Assembly (NCBI GenBank): GCA_018129965.1
Contig: JAFCKW010000005.1
Origin: Bradyrhizobium diazoefficiens
GTDB taxonomy: Bacteria > Pseudomonadota > Alphaproteobacteria > Rhizobiales > Xanthobacteraceae
Strand: one strand, 5' to 3'
DNA: 32,000 nt
A program made the position numbers and the translations under genes. Under the pieces are notes generated by a model. That model was not told the DNA's origin and ran no database searches. It saw only the letters and a list, made by a program, of their open reading frames with translations. Below, piece after piece: positions 1-9,073 of this stretch (positions are counted from its first letter, which is position 1; the number at the start of each line of letters is the position of its first letter).

Positions 1-2
1 AC

Positions 3-443
3 GAGGATTTGGAAATTGTCCAGAGCGTTCTCGCGCTCGGGGTCTCCGGTTACATTCCCAAATCGACATCGAAGCGCGAACTCACGGACTCCATTGGTGA
101 AGTATTGCGAGGAACCATCTATCTTCCCAAGCGCTATCGGGAAGCGGCAAGAACGCGACGCCCCAAGGTCGACAATCGGGAGCTTCTTAAGAGCCTTCAC
201 GATCTGACGCCGCAGCAACTGCGTGTACTGGACATGTTGCGCAGGGGTCTACAGAACAAGCAAATTGCTTATGAACTTAAGATTTGCGAAACTACGGTCA
301 AGGTTCATGTGTCGGATATTTTACGCAAATTGAACGTATTTAGCCGTACCAATGCCATCATAGAAATCTCGAAAATCGATTTTGCGAGTCTGATCTGTTC
401 TCCTCCGGTCAAGCATCAGGTATCTGAGCGTATCGAGACGTAA
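3..443 (+). CDS. LuxR/FixJ (NarL)-family response regulator, 3' part only (5' end outside window)
   Basis: Frame is open from the window edge. C-terminal LuxR-type HTH (LTPQQLRVLDMLRRGLQNKQIAYELKICETTVKVHVSDILRKLNV) follows the end of a receiver domain (LGVSGYIPKS). Confidence 0.8.
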   Translation, partial: EDLEIVQSVLALGVSGYIPKSTSKRELTDSIGEVLRGTIYLPKRYREAARTRRPKVDNRELLKSLHDLTPQQLRVLDMLRRGLQNKQIAYELKICETTVKVHVSDILRKLNVFSRTNAIIEISKIDFASLICSPPVKHQVSERIET

Positions 444-497
444 TAGGCCTTGCGGCCGCTTGATCGACCGATACAACGCGATTCGAATGAGCCCATC

Positions 498-1850
498 TCA
501 AGCCAACAGGAATGATAACAGAGATCGCATCTCAGCGGGTTTGACAGGCTTCTTAAGGAGTTCAATGCCGTAGATCGAAGCCTCCCTCGCTGCCTCTACC
601 GAATAGTCCGCAGTGACTATCATGGCGGGAATTTCGATCCTGACCTGCTGGCGTACCGCACTGATGGCCTCCAGACCGCTTTCATTGCCGTCTAGATGAA
701 GATCCGCGATGATCGCATCAGGCGCGCCGCCGAGTGCTCCGATTCGCTCCAACGCATCTGCTGCGGATATCGTCTTGGCGACGTCGCATCCCCATTCTTC
801 AAGCAGGAAGGCCATCGCCTCCGCGCTCGATGAATCGTTTTCAACGAGCAGTATTTTTGCACCTTCGAGTCCGCTGTATTGGAAGTCGACATATTGAAGC
901 TCGCGCCCCGTCTCCGGGTACGCCTCGAGTTCTGTACGAGGCAGGGTGACAGAAAAGGACGAGCCGTGACCTACGCGCGAAGCAAGATGAATTTCATGGC
1001 CGAGAGCCGTCGCGAAGCGGCGCACGATCGATAGACCAAGCCCGAAACCGGCTTCATCTCCGTCGCCTGCTTCACCGCGCTGGAATTCCAGAAAGATCGC
1101 TTGCCGTTGGCCTTCGGGTATACCAGGTCCGGTATCATGAACTTGTATCTGGAGTTTGTCGCCCTTCTGCCGGCAACCCATCAGGACTCTGCCTTTCTGA
1201 GTGTACCTGAGGGCGTTGGCCAACAGATTCTGCAAAATCCGGCGAAGCATCATCGGGTCTGAAATCACCGCGTGGGACGACGGCTGAATCGTCAATGACA
1301 AGCCTCGCTTCGCGGCAAACGGCGCGAATTCCTGTTTAAGCGGGTCGAACAAGGACGAAATCAATAGCGGACGCGGTTCCGGCTTCAAAACGCCAACGTC
1401 GAGCTTGGAAATATCGAGCAGTGTTCTTAGCAAATCCTCAAGCGTAAGCAAGGACCGGTCAACTTGCTCGATGAGCGCGGTTCCCTGTTCCGAAACAGCC
1501 ATCTCTGCGAACGCCGAGAGCGTCAGCCTCGCCGCATTTAACGGCTGTAGGAGATCGTGGGTTACGGAAATCAACACGGAAGATTTCAGCGAACTGGCCG
1601 CCTCGGCCTGCTGTTTGGCACGATAGAGATAGCCGTTGGTGCGCTCAATCGAACGTAACGCCTCCTGCAATTGTTGGGTTCGGCTGCGAACCTGATGATC
1701 CAGCGCGATAGCCGTCTCGAACAATGAAAACGCATTGGATTGCTGATCCATCGACCGTTCCACGCGTGACATCAGCGCGGCGTTGATCTTCCTGAGTTTC
1801 GTGGTCTCCCGTTGCAGCGCCTCTACGGAATCTTGATCTTGCGGCATCAT
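498..1850 (-). CDS. Soluble hybrid sensor histidine kinase (coiled-coil N-terminus, HisKA, HATPase_c, C-terminal receiver)
   Basis: H-box SVTHDLLQPLNAARL; N box LLANALRYT; G boxes HDTGPGIP and GFGLGLSIV; receiver KILLVENDSS...IIADLHLDG...LLKKP. No obvious TM segment. Start overlaps the FIST gene stop by 4 nt. Confidence 0.88.
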   Translation of the reverse strand: MMPQDQDSVEALQRETTKLRKINAALMSRVERSMDQQSNAFSLFETAIALDHQVRSRTQQLQEALRSIERTNGYLYRAKQQAEAASSLKSSVLISVTHDLLQPLNAARLTLSAFAEMAVSEQGTALIEQVDRSLLTLEDLLRTLLDISKLDVGVLKPEPRPLLISSLFDPLKQEFAPFAAKRGLSLTIQPSSHAVISDPMMLRRILQNLLANALRYTQKGRVLMGCRQKGDKLQIQVHDTGPGIPEGQRQAIFLEFQRGEAGDGDEAGFGLGLSIVRRFATALGHEIHLASRVGHGSSFSVTLPRTELEAYPETGRELQYVDFQYSGLEGAKILLVENDSSSAEAMAFLLEEWGCDVAKTISAADALERIGALGGAPDAIIADLHLDGNESGLEAISAVRQQVRIEIPAMIVTADYSVEAAREASIYGIELLKKPVKPAEMRSLLSFLLA

Positions 1851-3022
1851 GGCGAAACCGGCCTCTTGCCGATCGCAACTCCGGTCAATGTCTGGTTCAG
1901 GTGCATTGCGCGGTACTGTTCGCCGTAGGTGTGAAACCCGACCACCCGATTTTCGCGATAAAGTTCAGACATGTCGCGGGCGAATTGATGCTGTTCCGCA
2001 TCCAGCCGCCGAAACAGACATTCAAAGCCGATATAGAGCGAGACCTCGCCGATCTCTGCCCGTGTTTCAGCAAACAGCTCGAGCATTGCTCCGATCGGAT
2101 TACGGGCTTTCGCTACGGTGAGGACCATTCCTTCATCGATAGCGCAGTAAAAATTGAGAGATCCGTCGTCAGGATTTACCCGCTGGATCGAGCGTGCATA
2201 GTACGTGCCGCCGGCCCGGACAAGAACGGGATGAGAAGCAAACGAAAACATATCAAGGTGGGTGTCACCGATTCCAACTGCACGCGAATATTCCTGGGCA
2301 GCCGGCTCCGCATTCAGCTCCTTGACAACGCGCAATTCTATATCAGCTTCGGTTACCACCATCTTTGTCGATGTCGGCTCGAAGTTATCGCATTTGAATA
2401 GGCGAAAGGGCAGTGACGTTGTCAGAATGATCAGCACCGCGGCGTCGGTATGGGCCTGGCCGTCGCAAAAGACCCACGTCTGTCCAAAACGCAGACCGTC
2501 GCCCGCGGATCCTCCAACGACGTGAATATTATCGAGCGACGCGTAGAGCGCCGACATCACCACATCCTCGCGTTTGCACATGCCATCAATCAGCAAAAGT
2601 CCAAAGGATTGTCGATCCGCTACTTCTGGCGAACATCGTGTAAATTCTTGCCGCAGCTCGGCGCCAATTCTGCGGCCATCCTCGACCCGAAATTGGGCGA
2701 GATCGAGTAATGGCCTCGCGACTGCGCTAAAGTCCTGCGCGCTAAATCCCAGCGCGACAACGCTGTTGTCATCCCAGCCTCCGGGCGCAAGTTCGCCAGC
2801 AGTCGTGCAGCCATAGACCGGAATGGGTCCATAGATTTCAGCGATTTCAGCGGCAAACTCGTGCGGATCGTAGCAAGGCGAACAAAAGACGATAACAATC
2901 GCCAGTCCGTCCCTGGGCAGTTGCCGAGCAATCTCCGCCGCCGCCTCGACTGCCGACGACGCTTTCGCCTGGACGACGGCGACGCCAGATTCATTGCTGA
3001 ACCGGTGATCGGTCCTACCCAC
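1847..3022 (-). CDS. FIST-domain signal-transduction sensor protein
   Basis: FIST_N/FIST_C-like pattern (IVIVFCSPCYDPHEF, VYGCTTAGEL, LLLIDGM, VVGGSAGDG, GFHTYGE). The ORF track extends to 3106. I prefer the GTG at 3022, preceded by GAGAGGGA at about 8 nt. The extra N-terminal 28 aa look like read-through into IS debris. Confidence 0.7.
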   Translation of the reverse strand: MGRTDHRFSNESGVAVVQAKASSAVEAAAEIARQLPRDGLAIVIVFCSPCYDPHEFAAEIAEIYGPIPVYGCTTAGELAPGGWDDNSVVALGFSAQDFSAVARPLLDLAQFRVEDGRRIGAELRQEFTRCSPEVADRQSFGLLLIDGMCKREDVVMSALYASLDNIHVVGGSAGDGLRFGQTWVFCDGQAHTDAAVLIILTTSLPFRLFKCDNFEPTSTKMVVTEADIELRVVKELNAEPAAQEYSRAVGIGDTHLDMFSFASHPVLVRAGGTYYARSIQRVNPDDGSLNFYCAIDEGMVLTVAKARNPIGAMLELFAETRAEIGEVSLYIGFECLFRRLDAEQHQFARDMSELYRENRVVGFHTYGEQYRAMHLNQTLTGVAIGKRPVSP

Positions 3023-3244
3023 CTGGTTGATCCCTCTCTCGTCAGCCTTGGTGCGTTGCCAAGGCGTTTTTCTTTCGATGATAGGGCTTTCTTCCGACCG
3101 CCGCAAGAATATGCAACAAAACTCGGCAGGTTGCCCTGCAGGCGGAACTGCTCAAAGGCCGCCATCCATATCTTCTGACGGTGCTTCTTCCGATTGCGAT
3201 CGCCGGTGACTGGCCTGCTAACTAAGGGGTCGTGCCGCGCGGTG

Positions 3245-3726
3245 CTAGACTGGAACGCCCGCACGCTTCAAACGCACCGGATTGCTCGTCCAGCTCCCGG
3301 GAACGAAGAGACGTAATGCCACCATTGGCGTCAGCGACACCAATGTTTGGCAATTGGCCATCTTGCCGAAAGATGAGACATGTTGCGGAGCGACACCAAC
3401 CGAACGAACGCCCTTCTTCGGAATCGCTGTGTCATTGATGACCGGCACCGCATATTTGCCGCCGACGAGGCGGTCGGCCTGAATCAACAGTTCCGACTCC
3501 AACGGCGCCGCATCCCAGACGCCATCAGCGATGAAATGGTGCAACTGGTCATAGTCGCCCGGCGCCAGCCGCGCCGCCATAGGCTGGACGCTCTTGCGAT
3601 CGCCCGGCGCGCCCTGTGACCCAGGCAATCCAGGAACGGCTCAAGCCAGCGCGCAAGCTCTTCTTCCCACCTCGACTGTGTTTCCAACATGGTCGGCCGT
3701 CCAAAAGCCGACCACCCATGGATCAT
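3245..3726 (-). mobile_element. IS701-like DDE transposase remnant (N-terminal part, frameshifted and truncated)
   Basis: Two frames carry consecutive N-terminal transposase pieces. These are WEEELARWLEPFLDCLGHRARR (3484-3726 frame), then RKSVQPMAARLAPGDYDQLHHFIADGVWDAAPL...INDTAIPKKGVRSVGVAPQHVSSFGKMANCQTLVSL (3245-3628 frame). The catalytic C-terminal half is absent. Weak similarity may continue to about 3110. Confidence 0.6.
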
Positions 3727-3787
3727 TGAAAACCTGATTCGGGAATCCAGTTGCGCCGATCAAACCAAAAAATCTGCCAAAGTAGCG

Positions 3788-4090
3788 CTAGGCAATTTCT
3801 CGGGCTGTTTGAGTCTGTTGTGCGAACTCGTGCGGCGTCAAGTTGCCGAGTGATGTATCAGACACTCCGCGCGGATGGACCCGTTGAAGGTTTTGATGAA
3901 CGCGTTGTCGCGTCGGCTTGCCTAACCGGCTGAAGTCCAGCGTGACGCTTCGTTGACAGGCCCACAGATCGAGGTCGCGTGAGACAAACTCCGTTCCCGG
4001 CTCGACACGGACTAAGGCGGCCATCTTGGCGCGACCAATTCGTCGATGAGCTCAAGACGGTCGGCTTGGTGCTATCCGCGGAGAAATTGA
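3788..4090 (-). mobile_element. IS3-family transposase (OrfB integrase-core C-terminus) remnant, frameshifted with internal deletion
   Basis: VRVEPGTEFVSRDLDLWACQRSVTLDFSRLGKPT, then in the next frame DNAFIKTFNGSIRAECL, then LGNLTPHEFAQQ. This is the canonical DNGxEF...FSRPGKPTDNAxIExFNG...ECL...LGxxTPxEFA string broken over frames. Confidence 0.55.
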
Positions 4091-4449
4091 GAGGCTTTCC
4101 TTTGACGTGAAGGTAACGATCAGGCCCAGTGCGGGCCAGCCGGGTTGAACTGCCGTGACGCAAGGTCAATCTGTGTGCGGAGGACGCGGGTCGGGCAGGG
4201 ACGGCGGGATCTGGCTGCGGGATGGGGCTGGGTTGAGCCTGCGGTTTGGACCAACCTGCCAAGCTGGACGACTTATAGTGAAGCCGCCGCCTCGGGCCGC
4301 TGCCTTCCGCCTGCCTATTAACCGCAGAAATTCACGAAATGCTTACCATCGTTATGTTTTAACAACCGCGCAGGTCTCGTATGCACGAAGGATACATCGA
4401 GATCAGGCTTGTATTCGAGCGGGGATAAATACCGTCTGGGGATACTGTC

Positions 4450-6135
4450 GTGCGTTCGGATCAAAACTATTTGCTGCAAGCCATCCTTGACAATTTCCCC
4501 GGCGGGATCTCGGTCATGGATTGCGACCTGCGCATCATCTTTGCCAATCCGGCGGCGCGCCGAGTTCTCGATCTGCCGGACAGCATGTTTGTCGGTGATC
4601 CGCCCTTTCTCGAAGAAATATTCCGCTTCAACGCACGCCGCGGCGAATACGGACCCGGCGACGTCGAACAACAGGTTTCGGCCCGAATAGAACTGGCGAA
4701 GGCGCGAAAGCCTCACGTATTCGAACGCCAACGTCCCGACGGGATTACCATCGAGGTCCGGGGCGCTCCGGTCGAAGGCGGCGGGTTCGTCACAACATAT
4801 ATCGACGTGACAGAACGGCGCCGCAATGAAGCCCGCATCGAACACATGGCCCATCACGACGCGTTGACCGAACTGCCAAATCGCGTGCTGTTTCATAAAC
4901 GCCTGGGCGAAGAACTCGCGCGCATCGCCCGCGGTGGCAATCTCGCCGTGCTATGTCTCGACCTCGACCACTTCAAGAATGTCAACGATACGCTCGGTCA
5001 CCCGGTCGGGGACGTGCTGCTCAAAATGGTGGCGGAACGGCTCAGCAATTGTTTGCGCGACACCGATGTCGTCGCGCGCTTCGGCGGCGACGAGTTCGCG
5101 GTTATCATGCCGATAATAGATGGAGATCGCGACGCCGAAGGGCTGGCGCGCAAGCTGATTGATGTTCTGGGTTCCCCTTACGAAATCCAGGGGCAAGAGA
5201 TCATTGTCGGGGCCAGCATAGGCATCGCGATTGCACCACGCGATGGCGATGCCACCGAGGGGTTGCTGCGCAATTCAGACATTGCCTTGTACCGTGCCAA
5301 GGTGGATGGCCGCGGGCGTTTTAGCTTTTTTGAGCCGGAAATGGATCGGCGTATCCAGGCGCGGCGGACGCTCGAGCTCGAGCTTCGCAAAGCCTTGAGC
5401 AACGGCGAGTTTGAACTCTACTATCAGCCGGTGGTCAATTTGCGAAGTGGCGACGTCAGCGGCTTCGAGGCCTTGCTGCGATGGCATAATCCCGAGCGCG
5501 GCATGGTTTCGCCAGCCGAGTTCATTCCTCTCGCCGAAGAGACAGGCCTCATTATTCCGCTGGGCGAATGGGTCTTGCGCAAAGCCTGCGCCGAAGCGAT
5601 CACCTGGCCGCTCCCCATTAAAGTGGCCGTAAATCTTTCGCCAGTCCAGTTCAAGAGCCGCAATCTGGTCCAGGCTGTTCTGACCGCGCTGGCTTATTCG
5701 CGGCTGCCGCCCGGGCGGCTGGAGCTGGAGATCACCGAAACCGTGCTTCTAGGCGACACCGACGCGAATTTGGCCACCCTCCATCAACTGCGCGAACTCG
5801 GCGTGCACATTTCGATGGACGACTTCGGCACCGGCTATTCTTCGCTAAGCTATCTGCGCAGTTTCCCGTTCGACAAGATCAAGATCGATCAATCGTTCGT
5901 GCGCGAGCTCACGGAACGGCCGGATTGCATGGCAATCGTCCGCGCGGTTGCCGGCCTTGGAACGAGTCTTGGCATCACGACGACGGCGGAAGGGGTCGAA
6001 ACACAGGAACAGTTCGACCGCCTTTGTGCCGAGGGTTGCACCGAAATGCAGGGATATTTGTTCAGCCCGCCACGGCCGGCAAGCGAAGCTGTGATGTTGA
6101 TGTTGAGAAACTCTGTCATGGTCGATGTCGCTTGA
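4450..6135 (+). CDS. PAS-GGDEF-EAL cyclic-di-GMP turnover protein
   Basis: N-terminal PAS-like segment (LLQAILDNFPGGISVMD). GGDEF domain with an intact RFGGDEFAV motif. EAL domain with FEALLRW, ELEITE, DDFGTGYSSLSYL and QGYLF motifs. GTG start. Confidence 0.9.
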   Translation: MRSDQNYLLQAILDNFPGGISVMDCDLRIIFANPAARRVLDLPDSMFVGDPPFLEEIFRFNARRGEYGPGDVEQQVSARIELAKARKPHVFERQRPDGITIEVRGAPVEGGGFVTTYIDVTERRRNEARIEHMAHHDALTELPNRVLFHKRLGEELARIARGGNLAVLCLDLDHFKNVNDTLGHPVGDVLLKMVAERLSNCLRDTDVVARFGGDEFAVIMPIIDGDRDAEGLARKLIDVLGSPYEIQGQEIIVGASIGIAIAPRDGDATEGLLRNSDIALYRAKVDGRGRFSFFEPEMDRRIQARRTLELELRKALSNGEFELYYQPVVNLRSGDVSGFEALLRWHNPERGMVSPAEFIPLAEETGLIIPLGEWVLRKACAEAITWPLPIKVAVNLSPVQFKSRNLVQAVLTALAYSRLPPGRLELEITETVLLGDTDANLATLHQLRELGVHISMDDFGTGYSSLSYLRSFPFDKIKIDQSFVRELTERPDCMAIVRAVAGLGTSLGITTTAEGVETQEQFDRLCAEGCTEMQGYLFSPPRPASEAVMLMLRNSVMVDVA

Positions 6136-6187
6136 GCGTGGGTTGAACTTCGATTCCGCGATAGTGACATTCTCCGATACATTTTTG

Positions 6188-6280
6188 AGACTGTACGGCA
6201 TGCATGGATGCCGGCCTGATCAAGGGCGAAGCCTTCGTCGTCGATGCAAACATTAGCGAAGCAGACGCCAGCCGTTGTCA
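6188..6280 (+). mobile_element. Short fragment resembling an IS5/IS1182-type transposase
   Basis: Translation ACMDAGLIKGEAFVVDANISEADASR resembles the conserved GLvxGExFAvDaSxIxADAS stretch of IS1182/IS5-type transposases. About 30 codons only, with stops on both sides. Confidence 0.35.
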
Positions 6281-6289
6281 CGGCAACAC

Positions 6290-7014
6290 CCTGCCATTGA
6301 GTTGATAGACGACGACATACAAAGTCGTGCGTGAAAAATTTCTAAGCCATTGAGCGCGAGTCAGTTTTTGGCTCGCTTGCGGGTTTGAGATTGCAGGGTT
6401 CAGGCGCGCACAACCTTCGTGGCGCCTCCGGCCGCGCGTCGCAAGAGGTTTTCGTCGAGCTGGCGTCAGCGGTCTTGTATCAATGTATCCGGTCTCTGAT
6501 TGGAGCGAGTTTTGCTCCGGACCAATATGGATATCAGCGCGCGCGCGTGCGATCTCATTATGGACAGGCCTCAACGGGCCATTTGGGTCACCAGTGTCGC
6601 ATGCGCCGGTAAGACCGATCCTGCATCTCTTCTTATCCTCTCGCAAACCTCATCGAGTAAAGGGTGCGGTGGCTTGCCAACAGCATGGGCTCGACCGCCT
6701 GCTTGAGCCGCGTCTTCTCTATCGCGACCATCTCGGTCGACTGGCGACAGCGCCTTCAGGGCTTGCTGTTCGGCGGAAGACAGCGGGCGGATCTCGTCGA
6801 TCATGACAAGAGCGAAGCGCGCAATCAGCCGCGCGTCCAGCCTGTCGGTCTTGGCGCGCCGCCCCTCGGTCTCGCGGAAGGCCTTGATGCGGCGCGGATT
6901 AACGATGCCGATCGCCTCCAACATGAGGCGGCTAACACCCTCGTGCCGGAGCCTGCGGATGCCATCGGCGATGGTAAGCGAAGGCGCTTGCTGCGCGAAC
7001 GAGGCTGCTGTCAT
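6290..7014 (-). mobile_element. IS110-family transposase remnant (multiple frameshifts and deletions)
   Basis: IVNPRRIKAFRETEGRRAKTDRLDARLIARFA is the hallmark N-terminal IS110 (DEDD) motif. The following LKALS.R..EMVAIEKTRLKQ segment appears in a shifted frame. The N-terminal EATG region is deleted and the C-terminal part is only vaguely recognisable. Confidence 0.55.
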
Positions 7015-7350
7015 GGATTAGACTTGTATGCCGACTTGCAGCGCCAGGCCGCCGTCCTTGCGACTGTTCGATCGAGAGACCCGACGCAGACGCCGTTGCC
7101 GGGCTACGACCGCGCCCGCGGCCAGGAATCCAACGAGCTGTCTGCTTCGCCTGTCACTCTACAGTGACGAGGCCAAGATACCGGAATCCACTTTTCGGGA
7201 TCAGGCCCTTGGGCCGGACGCCAGTCGGATAGGTCCGTCAGGCGCTTCAGCAACGACCGCGGGCAGGTGGGACCCTAATACTAAAGGACCGTATCCCAAG
7301 TCATAGGACAATAGTTGACTAAGTTATCATCAGCGAGAGGAGGCGGGACT

Positions 7351-8130
7351 ATGCATGCCATCTTGGAATCTGAGCCGCGGGCGGCTGACCCGCAAAAAAC
7401 GAAAAAGATGATCAATCTCGTGCCGGTGGCCATCTCCTGGGGAGTGCTGCTCGCCATCTACGTAGGGCTTCGGCTTTACCAGCAGGCATTTGCGTTCAAG
7501 TACGGCCTGGATTCGACATCCCCCGAATTTGCGACCTACTGGCTGACGCTGTTCAAAGTCGAGGTACCGCTTATTTTCGGGGTGGGCTTCGCCATTTGGG
7601 CCTACCTTTGGCTCACCCGGGATAAGAACCTCGACAAGATCGACGCCGAAACGGAACTGCGCCGCTACTTTAGCCTCGTCGCGTGGTTTTTGCTGTATAC
7701 GTTTTCTTTTCTGTGGATTGCTAGCTTCTTTGGTGAGAGCGATGCTAGTTGGCATCAAACCGTGATTCGCGACACCGCGCTTACTCCCAGCCATATCGTC
7801 GTATTTTACGCTTGTATTCCACTGTATATCATCTTGGGCGTTAGCAGCCTTCTATATGCTACCACGCGGATTCCCAAATTCTCAAAAGGCTATTCGGTGC
7901 CGCTCATCATGGCTGTGCTCGGGCCCGGGCTCATTCTGCCGAACCTTGGCTATAACGAGTGGGGCCACGCGTTCTGGCTCACTGAAGAAATCTTCAGCCA
8001 TCCGCTCCATTGGGGCTTCCCGGTTCTTGGGTGGACCGGCTTTGCTCTTGGCGGCGTCCTTCTTCAGGCGACCATGAGGATGGCGGAGCTTTTCAAAGAG
8101 ATCGATGGCGCAAACTTGGCGAAAGCCTGA
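7351..8130 (+). CDS. pmoC: Copper membrane monooxygenase subunit C (PmoC/AmoC family), divergent
   Basis: FFGESDASWHQTVIRDTALTPSHIVVFY gives Asp-x3-His-x12-His. NEWGHAFWLTEEIFSHPLHW gives Asn-x3-His-x13-His. Both have the spacing of the PmoC metal sites as I recall them. Multiple TM helices. ATG at 7351 is preceded by GAGAGGAGG with 7-nt spacing. The TTG at 7315 in the ORF track is unlikely. Confidence 0.9.
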   Translation: MHAILESEPRAADPQKTKKMINLVPVAISWGVLLAIYVGLRLYQQAFAFKYGLDSTSPEFATYWLTLFKVEVPLIFGVGFAIWAYLWLTRDKNLDKIDAETELRRYFSLVAWFLLYTFSFLWIASFFGESDASWHQTVIRDTALTPSHIVVFYACIPLYIILGVSSLLYATTRIPKFSKGYSVPLIMAVLGPGLILPNLGYNEWGHAFWLTEEIFSHPLHWGFPVLGWTGFALGGVLLQATMRMAELFKEIDGANLAKA

Positions 8131-8170
8131 CGCCTTGGCTGATGCCGGCGATGGTGGACAATGCGAATGT

Positions 8171-8218
8171 AGGCGGTGTCTCTGCTGAATCGACTGACTG
8201 ACAGGTAGGACACCGCCT
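8171..8218 (+). promoter_or_regulatory. Intercistronic stem-loop between subunit C and A genes (10-bp perfect stem, 28-nt loop)
   Basis: AGGCGGTGTC (8171-8180) is the exact reverse complement of GACACCGCCT (8209-8218). No U-tract follows, so it is not a canonical intrinsic terminator. The loop contains GACTGACTGAC. Confidence 0.5.
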
Positions 8219-8269
8219 TCGGCAAAGAACCGTTGCCTAATCATAAGAATACGAATTACCGGGGGGAGC

Positions 8270-9073
8270 ATGACTGACAACGATCAGGCAATTTTAGCTG
8301 CGGCAGAAATGTCGCCAAGAATAGCGCGCTATTCACGAACTTTCGACTACCTGATTGTCGTCATAGCTGCCTTCCTTGTATGGTCTGTTACGCACATCCA
8401 TTTTCTCCTTTTCGCTGGGGACTGGGATTTTTTTATTGACTGGAAAGACAGACAGTATTGGATTCTGATAACGCCGATAGTCTCCATAATGTCGGCCGCG
8501 GCATTTCAGGCGATTTTCTGGTCTCTATTTCGCCTGCCAATCGGAGCGACAGCTAGCGCACTTCTGTTCCTGATCGGCGTCTGGATTGTCAGATACCATA
8601 GTTGGGAAGGCATGGCCTACTTCCCGCTCAGTCTCGTTGTTCCAGCGACCGGTCTAGTCGGAGCGATGGCGCTCGACTGCATCCTCGTGCTGAGCCGAAG
8701 CTGGGTTATAACGGCCGTGTTCGGCGGCGTTATTTATGGTCTCTCGTTCTTTCCGACAAACTGGATTTATCTGGCGCCATATTTCCAGCCAGCAGAGCAT
8801 ATGGGTGAGATGGCGTCTGTTGCCGATATCATCGGCTACGTCTTTCCTCGTTCAGGCACGCCTGAATACATAAGAATTATCGAACGCGGAACCTTGCGCA
8901 CGTTCGGCGACTCCGCAAACTGGGTCTCAGCATTCTTTTCTGCGTTCGTTTGCATATTCGCCTACTCGGTGTTCTGGTTGATGGGTGTGGCCGCTTGCAC
9001 ACCCAAATACATACCGGTGGGATACCGCTTCAAGGAGCTTTATGGCGCTAAAATCGATGCGGGTGCCGTATGA
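8270..9073 (+). CDS. pmoA: Copper membrane monooxygenase subunit A (PmoA/AmoA family), divergent
   Basis: HIHFLLFAGDWDFFIDWKDRQYW and RSGTPEYIRIIERGTLRTFG match the two most conserved PmoA/AmoA blocks. Polytopic membrane protein. GGGGGGAG SD sits before the ATG. About 20 aa longer at the C-terminus than the PmoA sequences I recall. Confidence 0.9.
   Translation: MTDNDQAILAAAEMSPRIARYSRTFDYLIVVIAAFLVWSVTHIHFLLFAGDWDFFIDWKDRQYWILITPIVSIMSAAAFQAIFWSLFRLPIGATASALLFLIGVWIVRYHSWEGMAYFPLSLVVPATGLVGAMALDCILVLSRSWVITAVFGGVIYGLSFFPTNWIYLAPYFQPAEHMGEMASVADIIGYVFPRSGTPEYIRIIERGTLRTFGDSANWVSAFFSAFVCIFAYSVFWLMGVAACTPKYIPVGYRFKELYGAKIDAGAV

Noticed and set aside
4318-4896. 192-aa minus-strand ORF overlapping the start of the PAS-GGDEF-EAL gene
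   Set aside because: No motifs. It is antisense to a strongly supported CDS.
7153-7168. GTCACT-ctac-AGTGAC palindrome about 185 nt upstream of the subunit C gene, considered as a CuMMO operator or second AlkS-type site
   Set aside because: With only 6-bp arms, about one such repeat is expected by chance in a region this size. The half-sites and spacing do not match the 16157-16176 palindrome. It is kept only as something to include in a motif search.
7315-7350. TTG start at 7315 for the subunit C gene
   Set aside because: The GAGAGGAGG Shine-Dalgarno lies inside this extension, at the correct distance from ATG 7351.
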